Origin: Escherichia coli
GTDB taxonomy: Bacteria > Pseudomonadota > Gammaproteobacteria > Enterobacterales > Enterobacteriaceae
NCBI RefSeq assembly: GCF_016026235.1
Contig: NZ_CP065613.1
Reading direction: 5' to 3' (one strand)
DNA length: 64,000 nt
Position 1 is the first letter of the stretch. Every line of letters begins with the position of its first letter. Under the pieces are notes generated by a model. It worked only from the letters and a program-made list of their open reading frames with translations. It was not told the origin of the DNA and did not search any database. Positions 47,258-62,050 of this stretch are shown one piece after another. Both the position numbers and the translations under genes were made by a program.

Positions 47258-49269
47258 ATGGCTATGTCAGACGAGGCGATGTTTGCCCCGCCGCAAGGAA
47301 TAACAATTGAAGCGGTAAACGGAATGCTCGCGGAGCGGTTAGCGCAGAAACACGGCAAGGCGTCTTTATTACGCGCCTTCATCCCGCTGCCGCCGCCGTT
47401 CAGCCCGGTACAACTTATTGAACTGCATGTTCTCAAAAGCAACTTCTATTACCGCTACCATGATGATGGCAGCGATGTGACGGCAACAACAGAGTATCAG
47501 GGCGAGATGGTCGATTATTCGCGTCACGCCGTCCTTCTCGGCAGTAGTGGAATGGCGGAGCTACGCTTTATTCGTACCCACGGCAGCCGTTTTACTCCCC
47601 AGGATTGCACACTGTTTAACTGGCTGGCACGCATTATCACTCCGGTTCTGCAATCATGGCTCAATGATGAAGAACAACAGGTGGCGCTGCGTTTGCTGGA
47701 GAAAGATCGCGATCATCATCGGGTACTGGTTGATATTACTAATGCAGTGCTGTCACATCTTGATCTCGACGATCTGATCGCTGACGTCGCTCGTGAGATC
47801 CATCATTTTTTCGGTCTGGCTTCAGTCAGTATGGTACTGGGCGATCATCGAAAGAACGAGAAGTTTAGCCTGTGGTGCAGCGATCTTTCTGCCTCACATT
47901 GTGCGTGTCTGCCACGCAATATGCCTGGCGACAGTGTATTGCTGACACAAACGCTACAAACCCGACAACCGACCTTGACGCACCGTGCAGACGTCTGTTT
48001 CTCTGGCAACGCGACCCGTTATTACTCTTACTTGCATCTAACGGCTGCGAATCTGCGCTCCTTATACCGCTTACCTTTGGCAACCATACACCGGGTGCAT
48101 TGTTGCTGGCGCATACCTCTTCCACTCTCTTTAGTGAGGAAAACTGCCAGCTACTACAACACATAGCCGATCGCATCGCTATTGCCGTTGGCAATGCCGA
48201 TGCCTGGCGTAGAATGACCGATTTGCAGGAAAGTTTGCAGCAAGAAAACCACCAGCTTAGCGAGCAGCTCCTTTCGAATCTGGGCGTCGGTGACATTATC
48301 TATCAAAGCCAGGCAATGGAAGACCTACTCCAGCAGGTAGATATTGTGGCGAAGAGCGACAGTACGGTGTTGATTTGCGGTGAAACCGGAACCGGCAAAG
48401 AGGTGATCGCCAGAGCGATCCATCAACTTAGCCCGCGACGCGACAAGCCGCTGGTCAAAATCAACTGCGCTGCCATCCCCGCCAGTCTTCTGGAAAGTGA
48501 GTTATTCGGTCATGACAAAGGAGCGTTTACTGGTGCGATTAATACCCATCGTGGTCGTTTTGAAATTGCCGATGGCGGCACGTTGTTTCTCGATGAAATT
48601 GGCGATCTGCCGTTAGAACTTCAGCCTAAACTGCTGCGCGTATTGCAGGAACGGGAGATTGAGCGTCTCGGCGGGAGTAGAACGATCCCGGTAAATGTCA
48701 GAGTCATTGCCGCCACCAACCGTGATTTGTGGCAAATGGTTGAAGATCGCCAGTTTCGCAGCGATCTCTTTTATCGCCTGAATGTCTTCCCACTGGAATT
48801 GCCGCCGCTGCGCGACCGTCCGGAAGATATCCCTCTTTTAGCAAAGCATTTCACGCAAAAAATGGCGCGCCATATGAATCGTTCAATTGACGCCATCCCG
48901 ACCGAGGCGCTACGCCAGTTGATGTCGTGGGACTGGCCGGGCAACGTGCGCGAGCTGGAAAACGTGATTGAGCGAGCGGTACTGCTGACTCGCGGTAACA
49001 GTCTGAATTTACATCTTAATGTCCGACAAAGCCGTTTACTGCCGACGCTAAATGAAGATTCAGCGCTTCGCAGTTCAATGGCGCAGTTGCTGCACCCGAC
49101 GACGCCAGAGAATGACGAAGAAGAACGTCAGCGCATTGTTCAGGTATTGCGAGAAACCAATGGCATTGTTGCCGGGCCCCGTGGCGCGGCGACACGATTA
49201 GGGATGAAGCGCACCACGCTGCTGTCACGAATGCAGCGTCTGGGGATCTCGGTTCGCGAGGTGTTGTAA
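47258..49269 (+). pseudogene. hyfR: Sigma-54-dependent activator HyfR (GAF + AAA+ + HTH), disrupted by one frameshift in the GAF region
   Basis: Two overlapping ORF segments in different frames (47255..48166 and 47872..49269); total 2012 nt, which equals a 671-codon gene minus 1; the downstream segment has the sigma-54 activator motifs GETGTGKE and GAFTGA. Confidence 0.8.
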
Positions 49270-49290
49270 TCTGCTTTTGCAGGAGTATGC

Positions 49291-50139
49291 ATGAGAAACA
49301 AACTCTCTTTCGACTTGCAGTTGAGCGCCAGAAAAGCGGCAATCGCTGAACGGATTGCCGCCCATAAAATTGCCCGCAGTAAAGTGTCGGTCTTTTTAAT
49401 GGCGATGTCCGCTGGCGTGTTTATGGCGATCGGATTTACTTTTTACCTTTCCGTTATCGCCGATGCCCCGTCTTCACAGGCATTAACCCATCTGGTGGGC
49501 GGCCTTTGCTTTACACTCGGCTTTATTTTGCTGGCGGTTTGCGGCACCAGCCTGTTCACCTCGTCGGTAATGACGGTGATGGCAAAAAGTCGGGGCGTTA
49601 TTAGTTGGCGAACTTGGCTGATTAACGCACTTCTGGTGGCCTGTGGTAATCTGGCAGGTATTGCCTGTTTCAGTTTGTTAATCTGGTTTTCCGGGCTGGT
49701 GATGAGTGAAAACGCGATGTGGGGAGTCGCGGTTTTACACTGCGCCGAGGGCAAAATGCATCATACATTTACTGAATCTGTCAGCCTCGGCATTATGTGC
49801 AATCTGATGGTTTGCCTGGCGCTGTGGATGAGTTATTGCGGGCGTTCGTTATGCGACAAAATCGTCGCCATGATTTTGCCCATCACCCTGTTTGTCGCCA
49901 GTGGCTTTGAGCACTGTATCGCCAATTTGTTTGTGATTCCGTTCGCCATTGCCATTCGCCATTTCGCCCCTACCTCCTTCTGGCAACTGGCGCACAGTAG
50001 CGCAGACAATTTTCCGGCACTGACGGTCAGCCATTTTATTACCGCCAATCTGCTCCCGGTGATGCTGGGTAATATTATCGGCGGTGCAGTGCTGGTGAGT
50101 ATTTGTTATCGGGCTATTTATTTACGTCAGGAATCCTGA
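49291..50139 (+). CDS. focB: Formate channel FocB (FNT family)
   Basis: 282-aa polytopic ORF at the end of the hyf operon. Confidence 0.88.
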   Translation: MRNKLSFDLQLSARKAAIAERIAAHKIARSKVSVFLMAMSAGVFMAIGFTFYLSVIADAPSSQALTHLVGGLCFTLGFILLAVCGTSLFTSSVMTVMAKSRGVISWRTWLINALLVACGNLAGIACFSLLIWFSGLVMSENAMWGVAVLHCAEGKMHHTFTESVSLGIMCNLMVCLALWMSYCGRSLCDKIVAMILPITLFVASGFEHCIANLFVIPFAIAIRHFAPTSFWQLAHSSADNFPALTVSHFITANLLPVMLGNIIGGAVLVSICYRAIYLRQES

Positions 50140-50176
50140 AAAATCAGCCCGGCGAAACAGTTCGTCGGGCTGAAGA

Positions 50177-51238
50177 TTATTCTTGCGCGATTTGCCCATC
50201 GGGCCAGGCGTGGATCACGGCTTTGATCAGCGTCGCCAATGGAATGGCGAAGAATACGCCCCAGAATCCCCACAAACCACCGAAGATCACCACCGATAAA
50301 ATAATCACCAGCGGATGCAGGTTAACCGCTTCGGAGAACAACACCGGTACTAGCAGGTTGCCGTCCAGCGCCTGAATAATCAGATACACCGCGAAGCAGC
50401 TCCAGAATTCCGTGCCTGCGCCAAACTGGAATAGCGCCACGCCAACCACCGGAATGGTCACCACAAATGCGCCAATGTACGGAATAAGAACCGAGAAGCC
50501 GACCAGCACCGCCAGCAGCAGCGAATAGTTCAGCCCAAAGAGCAAGAACCCCAGCCAGGTGGCGATCCCCACCACGATCATCTCCAGCACTTTGCCGCGG
50601 ATATAGTTGGTGATTTGTTGATTCATCTCCTTCCACACCTGTCCTGCCAGTCCACGGTTGCGCGGCAGCACCCGACGAACGGCGTTCAGCATCTGCTCTT
50701 TGTCTTTCAGCAGGAAGAAGACCATCAATGGCACCAGCACCAGATAGACGGCAATGGTCAGCAAACCGACCAGCGAGGCGAGGGAAATTTTCACCACCGA
50801 ATCGCCCATGGTCAGCATCCGACTGCGCATATTTTCGGCCATTGCATCAATAATGCCCGCGTCCATTAACGCCGGATAGCGGCGCGGCAACGTGGCGGCA
50901 AAGTCAGAAAGCTTATTGAGCATCCCCGGCATATCGCGGATTAAGTAGATGCCCTGTTGCCAGGCGATAGGCAGTACCACGAACGCCATCAGTAGCAATA
51001 TACCGACAAAAACCACCAATACAATCGACGTCGCCCAGCGGCGGGAGCAGCCAATAGATTGCAGGCGCACGGTTGGCCATTCCAGCAAATAGGCCAGCAC
51101 AATAGCCACCAGCAACGGAGCAAGCAGGCCACTAAAGAAAAAGATAATGCCAAATCCGGCAACTAAAATAACCAGCAAGGCAATCGCTTCCGGGTCGCTA
51201 AAACGGCGGCGATACCATTGCATCAACATTTCGAGCAT
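50177..51238 (-). CDS. perM: Putative permease PerM (AI-2E/UPF0118 family)
   Basis: 353-aa polytopic ORF. Confidence 0.85.
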   Translation of the reverse strand: MLEMLMQWYRRRFSDPEAIALLVILVAGFGIIFFFSGLLAPLLVAIVLAYLLEWPTVRLQSIGCSRRWATSIVLVVFVGILLLMAFVVLPIAWQQGIYLIRDMPGMLNKLSDFAATLPRRYPALMDAGIIDAMAENMRSRMLTMGDSVVKISLASLVGLLTIAVYLVLVPLMVFFLLKDKEQMLNAVRRVLPRNRGLAGQVWKEMNQQITNYIRGKVLEMIVVGIATWLGFLLFGLNYSLLLAVLVGFSVLIPYIGAFVVTIPVVGVALFQFGAGTEFWSCFAVYLIIQALDGNLLVPVLFSEAVNLHPLVIILSVVIFGGLWGFWGVFFAIPLATLIKAVIHAWPDGQIAQE

Positions 51239-51450
51239 AAAAACCTTCCCTGAACCTCAAGAGCGGGATTGCGATCCGCAATTGTATCGAAATGTCACAA
51301 AAAAGACTTCGCTTTTTATGACGGATTCAGGAAACTGAAAAGTCATTTGAGTGGGCTAATCTTCGCCGTTACACTCAAAGGCGGCGCGGTGGGAACGATA
51401 TTTAACAGTATCGGTCAAATGACTATCTTCAGAAATACAGGATAGAGGTT

Positions 51451-52914
51451 ATGTTCAGGCAGTTGAAAAAAAACCTGGTTGCAACCCTCATTGCTGCTAT
51501 GACCATTGGTCAGGTAGCCCCGGCGTTTGCCGACAGCGCAGACACCTTGCCGGATATGGGAACCTCCGCAGGAAGCACGCTTTCCATTGGTCAGGAAATG
51601 CAGATGGGCGACTATTATGTCCGCCAGCTACGCGGCAGCGCGCCGTTAATTAATGACCCGCTGTTAACGCAATATATTAATTCGCTGGGGATGCGTCTGG
51701 TTTCGCATGCCAATTCGGTTAAGACACCGTTTCATTTTTTTCTGATCAACAACGACGAAATTAACGCCTTTGCTTTCTTTGGCGGCAACGTGGTGCTGCA
51801 CTCTGCCCTGTTCCGTTATTCCGATAACGAAAGTCAACTGGCTTCAGTTATGGCGCACGAAATCTCCCACGTCACCCAACGTCACCTGGCGCGAGCGATG
51901 GAAGATCAACAACGCAGCGCGCCGCTGACCTGGGTCGGCGCGTTAGGTTCTATTTTACTGGCGATGGCCAGTCCGCAGGCGGGGATGGCGGCGCTGACCG
52001 GTACACTGGCGGGAACACGTCAGGGGATGATCAGTTTCACCCAGCAAAATGAACAGGAAGCGGACCGCATTGGTATTCAGGTGCTGCAACGCTCGGGATT
52101 CGATCCGCAGGCGATGCCAACCTTCCTCGAAAAATTACTCGATCAGGCGCGTTACTCCTCGCGCCCGCCGGAAATTTTATTGACTCACCCGTTGCCGGAA
52201 AGTCGTCTGGCAGATGCCCGCAACCGTGCTAATCAGATGCGACCGATGGTGGTGCAGTCGTCGGAAGATTTCTATCTGGCGAAAGCGCGCACACTGGGGA
52301 TGTATAATTCCGGACGTAACCAGCTCACCAGTGATTTGCTGGATGAATGGGCGAAAGGAAACGTTCGTCAGCAACGAGCGGCGCAATATGGTCGTGCTTT
52401 ACAGGCGATGGAAGCCAATAAATACGACGAGGCGCGTAAAACGCTGCAACCGTTACTGGCGGCAGAACCTGGCAACGCATGGTATCTCGATCTGGCTACC
52501 GATATCGATCTTGGGCAAAACAAAGCCAATGAGGCAATCAATCGCCTGAAAAATGCCCGTGATTTGCGCACCAATCCGGTGTTGCAGCTCAACCTGGCAA
52601 ACGCTTATCTGCAAGGCGGTCAACCACAAGAAGCGGCCAATATTCTCAATCGCTACACCTTTAATAATAAAGATGACAGCAACGGCTGGGATTTACTGGC
52701 ACAGGCGGAAGCCGCGCTAAATAACCGCGATCAGGAGCTGGCTGCGCGAGCAGAAGGTTATGCGCTCGCCGGACGACTCGATCAGGCCATTTCGCTGTTG
52801 AGTAGCGCCAGTTCGCAGGTGAAATTAGGCAGCCTGCAACAAGCGCGTTACGATGCGCGCATCGACCAGTTGCGCCAGCTGCAGGAACGCTTTAAGCCTT
52901 ATACCAAGATGTAA
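51451..52914 (+). CDS. bepA: Periplasmic metalloprotease/chaperone BepA (M48 peptidase with TPR domain)
   Basis: 487-aa ORF with signal peptide and [10 protein letters not shown] zinc motif. Confidence 0.9.
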
Positions 52915-52934
52915 TTCGCATTAAAGGAAGAACA

Positions 52935-53294
52935 ATGACCAAACAGGTAAAAATCTACCATAACCCACGCTGTTCAAAGAGCCGGGAAACGCTGAACCTG
53001 CTGAAAGAAAACGGCGTGGAGCCAGAAGTGGTACTCTACCTTGAGACACCCGCCGATGCGGCAACGCTGCGCGATTTGCTGAAAATGCTGGGGATGAATA
53101 GCGCCCGTGAATTGATGCGCCAGAAAGAGGATCTTTATAAAGAACTGAACCTGGCTGACAGTTCGCTTAGCGAAGAGGCGCTGATTCAGGCAATGGTGGA
53201 TAATCCGAAGCTGATGGAGCGCCCGATTGTGGTCGCGAATGGCAAAGCGCGGATTGGTCGTCCACCGGAGCAGGTACTGGAAATCGTGGGTTAA
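52935..53294 (+). CDS. yfgD: ArsC-family arsenate reductase-like protein YfgD
   Basis: 119-aa ORF with an N-terminal HNPRCSKS motif. Confidence 0.85.
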   Translation: MTKQVKIYHNPRCSKSRETLNLLKENGVEPEVVLYLETPADAATLRDLLKMLGMNSARELMRQKEDLYKELNLADSSLSEEALIQAMVDNPKLMERPIVVANGKARIGRPPEQVLEIVG

Positions 53295-53322
53295 GATGTG
53301 CTCCATCGCTAGTTGAAGCACA

Positions 53323-53422
53323 TTGCCGGATGCGACGCTTGCCATGTCTTATCCGGCCTACGAATACTATGGATTAACTTCGCGTAGTTCGGATAAGGCG
53401 TTCGCGCCGCATCCGACAATAA
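53323..53422. repeat. REP/BIME palindromes
   Basis: TGCCGGATGCGACGCTTGCC...TTATCCGGCCTAC and GTTCGGATAAGGCGTTCGCGCCGCATCCGAC. Confidence 0.8.
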
Positions 53423-53431
53423 ACACCTTAT

Positions 53432-54133
53432 CTACAACTTCAGAATTTCTTTCACAAACGGAATGGTCAGCTTACGTTGCGCGGTAATCGACGCACGATC
53501 CAACTGATCCAACGTCATAAATAGCGTGCGCATTTCTCTGTCGAGCCGCTTCAGCAAGAAACGCCCCACATCTTCCGGCAGTTCAAAACCACGCAAACGC
53601 GCGCGTAACTGTAGCGCCTGCAACTTATCTTCATCAGAAAGTGGCTGCAATTTGTAGATCTGCCCCCAGTCGAGTCGCGACGCGAGATCCGGTAATCCCA
53701 GATTCAACTGCCGCGGTGGACGATCGCCGGTGATCAACAATCGTGTTTTGCCCGATTCCAGAATTCGATTGTAGAGATCGAAAATCGCCATCTCCCACAA
53801 CTCATCGCCTGCAATACACTCAATGTTGTCGATACAGACCAGCGACAAATGCTCCATACCGTCGAGCACTTCCGGAACAAACCAGGTGCGTTTATCCAGC
53901 GGGACATAGCCCACCGCATCGCCACGCTGCGACAATTCCGCGCAAGCCGCGTGCAGCAGATGGCTGCGCCCCGCGCCTTCGCGTGCCCAGAGATAGATGT
54001 AACCGCTATGTTCCTGACGCAGCACGTTTTGCAGCGCGGCCAGTAAAGAGGAGTTATCCCCCGGCCAGAAACTTGCAAAGGTTTCGTCGTCAGGAAGATA
54101 AAGTGGCAAAGAGAGCTGTGCCGGTGTGTTCAG
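53432..54133 (-). CDS. hda: DnaA-inactivating protein Hda (RIDA factor), AAA+ family
   Basis: ORF track 53432..54178 (248 aa from an upstream ATG); I recall Hda initiating at an internal CUG ([11 protein letters not shown]...), which gives 233 aa; the start is uncertain. Confidence 0.75.
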
Positions 54134-54227
54134 AGATACCTCAACCAGGATTTCACAAAATCGCGAGAAGTTTACCACAGAATCCCATGATGTTTGAACC
54201 GGGCAGCAACACTGCCCGGTCGGTACA

Positions 54228-55517
54228 TTATTTGTCTGTTATATCCGCGTCTTCTGCGTCCAGCACCACTTCTTCAGGGCGCAGCACACTGATCAGTTTG
54301 AAAATCAAACTTAAGCCGATACCGACGATGGTCGCCAGCGCCATACCTTTTAACTCCGCCGCGCCGATGTTTACCTTCGCGCCACTGACGCCGATGATCA
54401 AAATCACGGAAGTCAGGATCAGGTTCTGTGCTTTGTTGTAATCCACTTTCGATTCGATCAAAACACGAATACCGGAAGCACCGATGACACCATAAAGCAG
54501 CAGCGAAACGCCGCCCATCACCGGCAATGGGATCATCTGGATAGCGGCAGCCAGTTTACCGACGCAGGAAAGCAGGATAGCGAAAATCGCCGCCCCGCCG
54601 ATAACCCAGGTACTGTAAACACGGGTGATCGCCATCACGCCAATGTTTTCTCCGTAAGTGGTATTTGGCGTGGAGCCAAAGAAGCCGGAGATCACGGTCG
54701 ACAGGCCGTTAGCAAACATCGAACGGTGCAGACCTGGATCGCGCAGCAGATCTTTTTTGACGATATTAGCCGTTACTACCAGGTGCCCTACGTGTTCGGC
54801 AATAACCACTAACGCCGCTGGCAGAATAGTCAGAATGGCAAACCACTCGAAGCGCGGCGTATAGAGGGTTGGCAGCGCAAACCAGTGAGCATTAATAATC
54901 GGCGTGGTATCGACAATTCCCATTGCGAAAGAGAGCGCGTAGCCCACCAGCACGCCAATTAAAATCGGGATAATTGCCAGGAAACCACGAAACAGCACGG
55001 AACCTAAAACCGTGACCGCCAGGGTGGTAATAGAGATGATGATGGTTTTGGAGTCTGGCGTTTGCCCTTCAGCCGGGAGTAAACCCGCCATACCGGCAGC
55101 TACGCCCGCCAGCTCCAGACCGATGACGGCAACGATTGCGCCCATTGCCGCAGGTGGAAACAGCACGTCCAGCCAGCCGGTCCCCGCTTTCTTCACGATA
55201 AAAGAAACCAGGCAGAACAGCACGCCGCACATAATAAAGCCGCCCAGCGCGACTTCATACCCTAACGGCAACAGTAACAATACCGGTGAAATAAAGGCAA
55301 AGCTGGAACCAAGATAAGCCGGAATTTTCCCTTTACAGATGAAGAGATACAGCAGCGTTCCAATACCGTTAAATAACAGTACAGTCGCCGGGTTAATATG
55401 AAATAAGACGGGCACCAGGACGGTTGCACCAAACATGGCGAACAAATGTTGCAAACTAAGCGGGATTGTCTGTAAAAGTGGCGGTCTTTCACTCACCCCG
55501 ATAGCACGGCGCGTCAT
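54228..55517 (-). CDS. uraA: Uracil:H+ symporter UraA
   Basis: ORF track 54228..55559; start at [16 protein letters not shown] gives 429 aa; NCS2 family. Confidence 0.9.
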   Translation of the reverse strand: MTRRAIGVSERPPLLQTIPLSLQHLFAMFGATVLVPVLFHINPATVLLFNGIGTLLYLFICKGKIPAYLGSSFAFISPVLLLLPLGYEVALGGFIMCGVLFCLVSFIVKKAGTGWLDVLFPPAAMGAIVAVIGLELAGVAAGMAGLLPAEGQTPDSKTIIISITTLAVTVLGSVLFRGFLAIIPILIGVLVGYALSFAMGIVDTTPIINAHWFALPTLYTPRFEWFAILTILPAALVVIAEHVGHLVVTANIVKKDLLRDPGLHRSMFANGLSTVISGFFGSTPNTTYGENIGVMAITRVYSTWVIGGAAIFAILLSCVGKLAAAIQMIPLPVMGGVSLLLYGVIGASGIRVLIESKVDYNKAQNLILTSVILIIGVSGAKVNIGAAELKGMALATIVGIGLSLIFKLISVLRPEEVVLDAEDADITDK

Positions 55518-55556
55518 AGTATTATCCTCTGTATTATGTGTTATAGGCGCTTTACT

Positions 55557-55586
55557 CAAAAAAAAGCCGACTCTTAAAGTCGGCTT
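55557..55586 (-). terminator. Intrinsic terminator/attenuator in the upp-uraA intergenic region
   Basis: On the minus strand, hairpin AGCCGACTTTAAGAGTCGGCT followed by a run of eight or more U. Confidence 0.7.
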
Positions 55587-55602
55587 TAATTATTTTTATT
55601 CT

Positions 55603-56229
55603 TTATTTCGTACCAAAGATTTTGTCACCGGCATCGCCGAGGCCCGGAATAATGTATCCGTGCTCGTTCAGTCCCTGATCAATCGATGCGGTATACAGTT
55701 CGACGTCCGGGTGCGCTTTTTCCAGCGCAGCGATACCTTCTGGCGCAGCGACCAGCACCAGAACTTTGATGCTGCTGCAGCCCGCTTTTTTCAGCAGGTC
55801 GATGGTCGCGATAACGGAACCACCGGTTGCCAGCATTGGGTCAACGATCAGCGCCATACGCTCATCGATGTTAGAAACCAGTTTCTGGAAGTACGGTACC
55901 GGCTCCAGCGTTTCTTCATTACGGTACATACCGACAACGCTGATGCGCGCGCTCGGAACATTTTCCAGCACACCGTCCATCATCCCCAGACCGGCACGCA
56001 GAATTGGCACAACGGTAATTTTCTTACCTTTGATCTGGTCGATTTCTACCGGGCCGTTCCAGCCTTCGATAGTTACTTTTTCCGTTTCGAGGTCGGCGGT
56101 CGCTTCGTAAGTCAGCAGGCTACCCACTTCGGAAGCGAGTTCGCGAAAGCGCTTGGTGCTGATATCTTGCTCACGCATCAGTCCCAGCTTGTGTTTGACG
56201 AGTGGGTGTTTGACTTCCACGATCTTCAT
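55603..56229 (-). CDS. upp: Uracil phosphoribosyltransferase Upp
   Basis: ORF track 55603..56256; start at [14 protein letters not shown] gives 208 aa. Confidence 0.92.
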
Positions 56230-56474
56230 ACTCTTTCTCCTTTGAGGGGCAGCCACAAAAAAAATCGACGGATTATACCTCCTTTCTTCAAGGCGGCAAT
56301 ATTCTTTTCGTTGACTTTAGTCAAAATGATAACGGCTTGAGATAAAGTTATTTTATATTCAGATGGTTATGAAAGAAGATTATTCCATCCGAAAACTAAC
56401 CTTTACCCTGGTACAAGTCTTCTTTCGCCGCGCGCCTGGGCAAAAGACGTGCAAAAAGGTTGTGTAAAGCAGTC

Positions 56475-56490
56475 TCGCAAACGTTTGCTT
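56475..56490 (+). promoter_or_regulatory. PurR operator (PUR box) of purMN
   Basis: TCGCAAACGTTTGCTT matches the palindromic PurR consensus (aCGCAAACGTTTtCgT), about 65 bp upstream of purM. Confidence 0.7.
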
Positions 56491-56535
56491 TCCCTGTTAG
56501 AATTGCGCCGAATTTTATTTTTCTACCGCAAGTAA

Positions 56536-57590
<1,055 letters not shown>

Positions 57591-57591
<1 letters not shown>

Positions 57592-58229
57592 TGAATATTG
57601 TGGTGCTTATTTCCGGCAACGGAAGTAATTTACAGGCAATTATTGACGCCTGTAAAACTAACAAAATTAAAGGCACCGTACGGGCAGTTTTCAGCAATAA
57701 GGCCGACGCGTTCGGCCTTGAACGCGCCCGCCAGGCGGGTATTGCAACGCATACGCTCATCGCCAGCGCGTTTGACAGTCGTGAAGCCTATGACCGGGAG
57801 TTGATTCATGAAATCGACATGTACGCACCCGATGTGGTCGTGCTGGCTGGTTTTATGCGCATTCTCAGCCCAGCGTTTGTCTCCCACTATGCCGGGCGTT
57901 TGCTGAACATTCACCCTTCTCTGCTGCCGAAATATCCCGGATTACACACCCATCGTCAGGCGCTGGAAAATGGTGATGAAGAGCACGGTACATCGGTGCA
58001 TTTCGTCACCGATGAACTGGACGGTGGCCCGGTTATTTTACAGGCGAAAGTCCCGGTATTTGCTGGTGATACGGAAGATGACATCACCGCCCGCGTGCAA
58101 ACCCAGGAACACGCTATTTATCCACTGGTGATTAGCTGGTTTGCCGATGGTCGTCTGAAAATGCACGAAAACGCCGCGTGGCTGGATGGTCAACGTCTGC
58201 CGCCGCAGGGCTACGCTGCCGACGAGTAA
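57591..58229 (+). CDS. purN: Phosphoribosylglycinamide formyltransferase PurN
   Basis: 212-aa ORF; TAATG overlap with purM. Confidence 0.92.
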
Positions 58230-58244
58230 TGCCCCGTAGTTAAA

Positions 58245-58270
58245 GCGCCAGCTCTGCCGCTGGCGTTTTT
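58245..58270 (+). terminator. Rho-independent terminator after purN
   Basis: GCGCCAGC-loop-GCTGGCG hairpin followed by TTTTT. Confidence 0.8.
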
Positions 58271-58399
58271 CAATTCACCTGTAAATCGCAAGCTCCAGCA
58301 GTTTTTTTCCCCCTTTTCTGGCATAGTTGGACATCTGCCAATATTGCTCGCCATAATATCCAGGCAGTGTCCCGTGAATAAAACGGAGTAAAAGTGGTA

Positions 58400-62012
<3,613 letters not shown>

Positions 62013-62018
62013 TGCTTT

Positions 62019-62045
62019 GCGGGCCGACGAGAAATGTCGGCCCGC
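62019..62045. terminator. Hairpin between the convergent ppx and pdeF genes; probable bidirectional terminator
   Basis: GCGGGCCGAC-GAGAAAT-GTCGGCCCGC, a 10-bp GC-rich stem with weak U-tracts. Confidence 0.6.
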
Positions 62046-62050
62046 ATTAT

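Noticed and set aside
47872-48166. Reading hyfR as two separate genes (a GAF-domain protein plus a sigma-54 activator)
   Set aside because: The two segments overlap by about 98 codons in different frames and sum to exactly one 671-codon gene minus one base; a frameshifted single gene is the simpler reading
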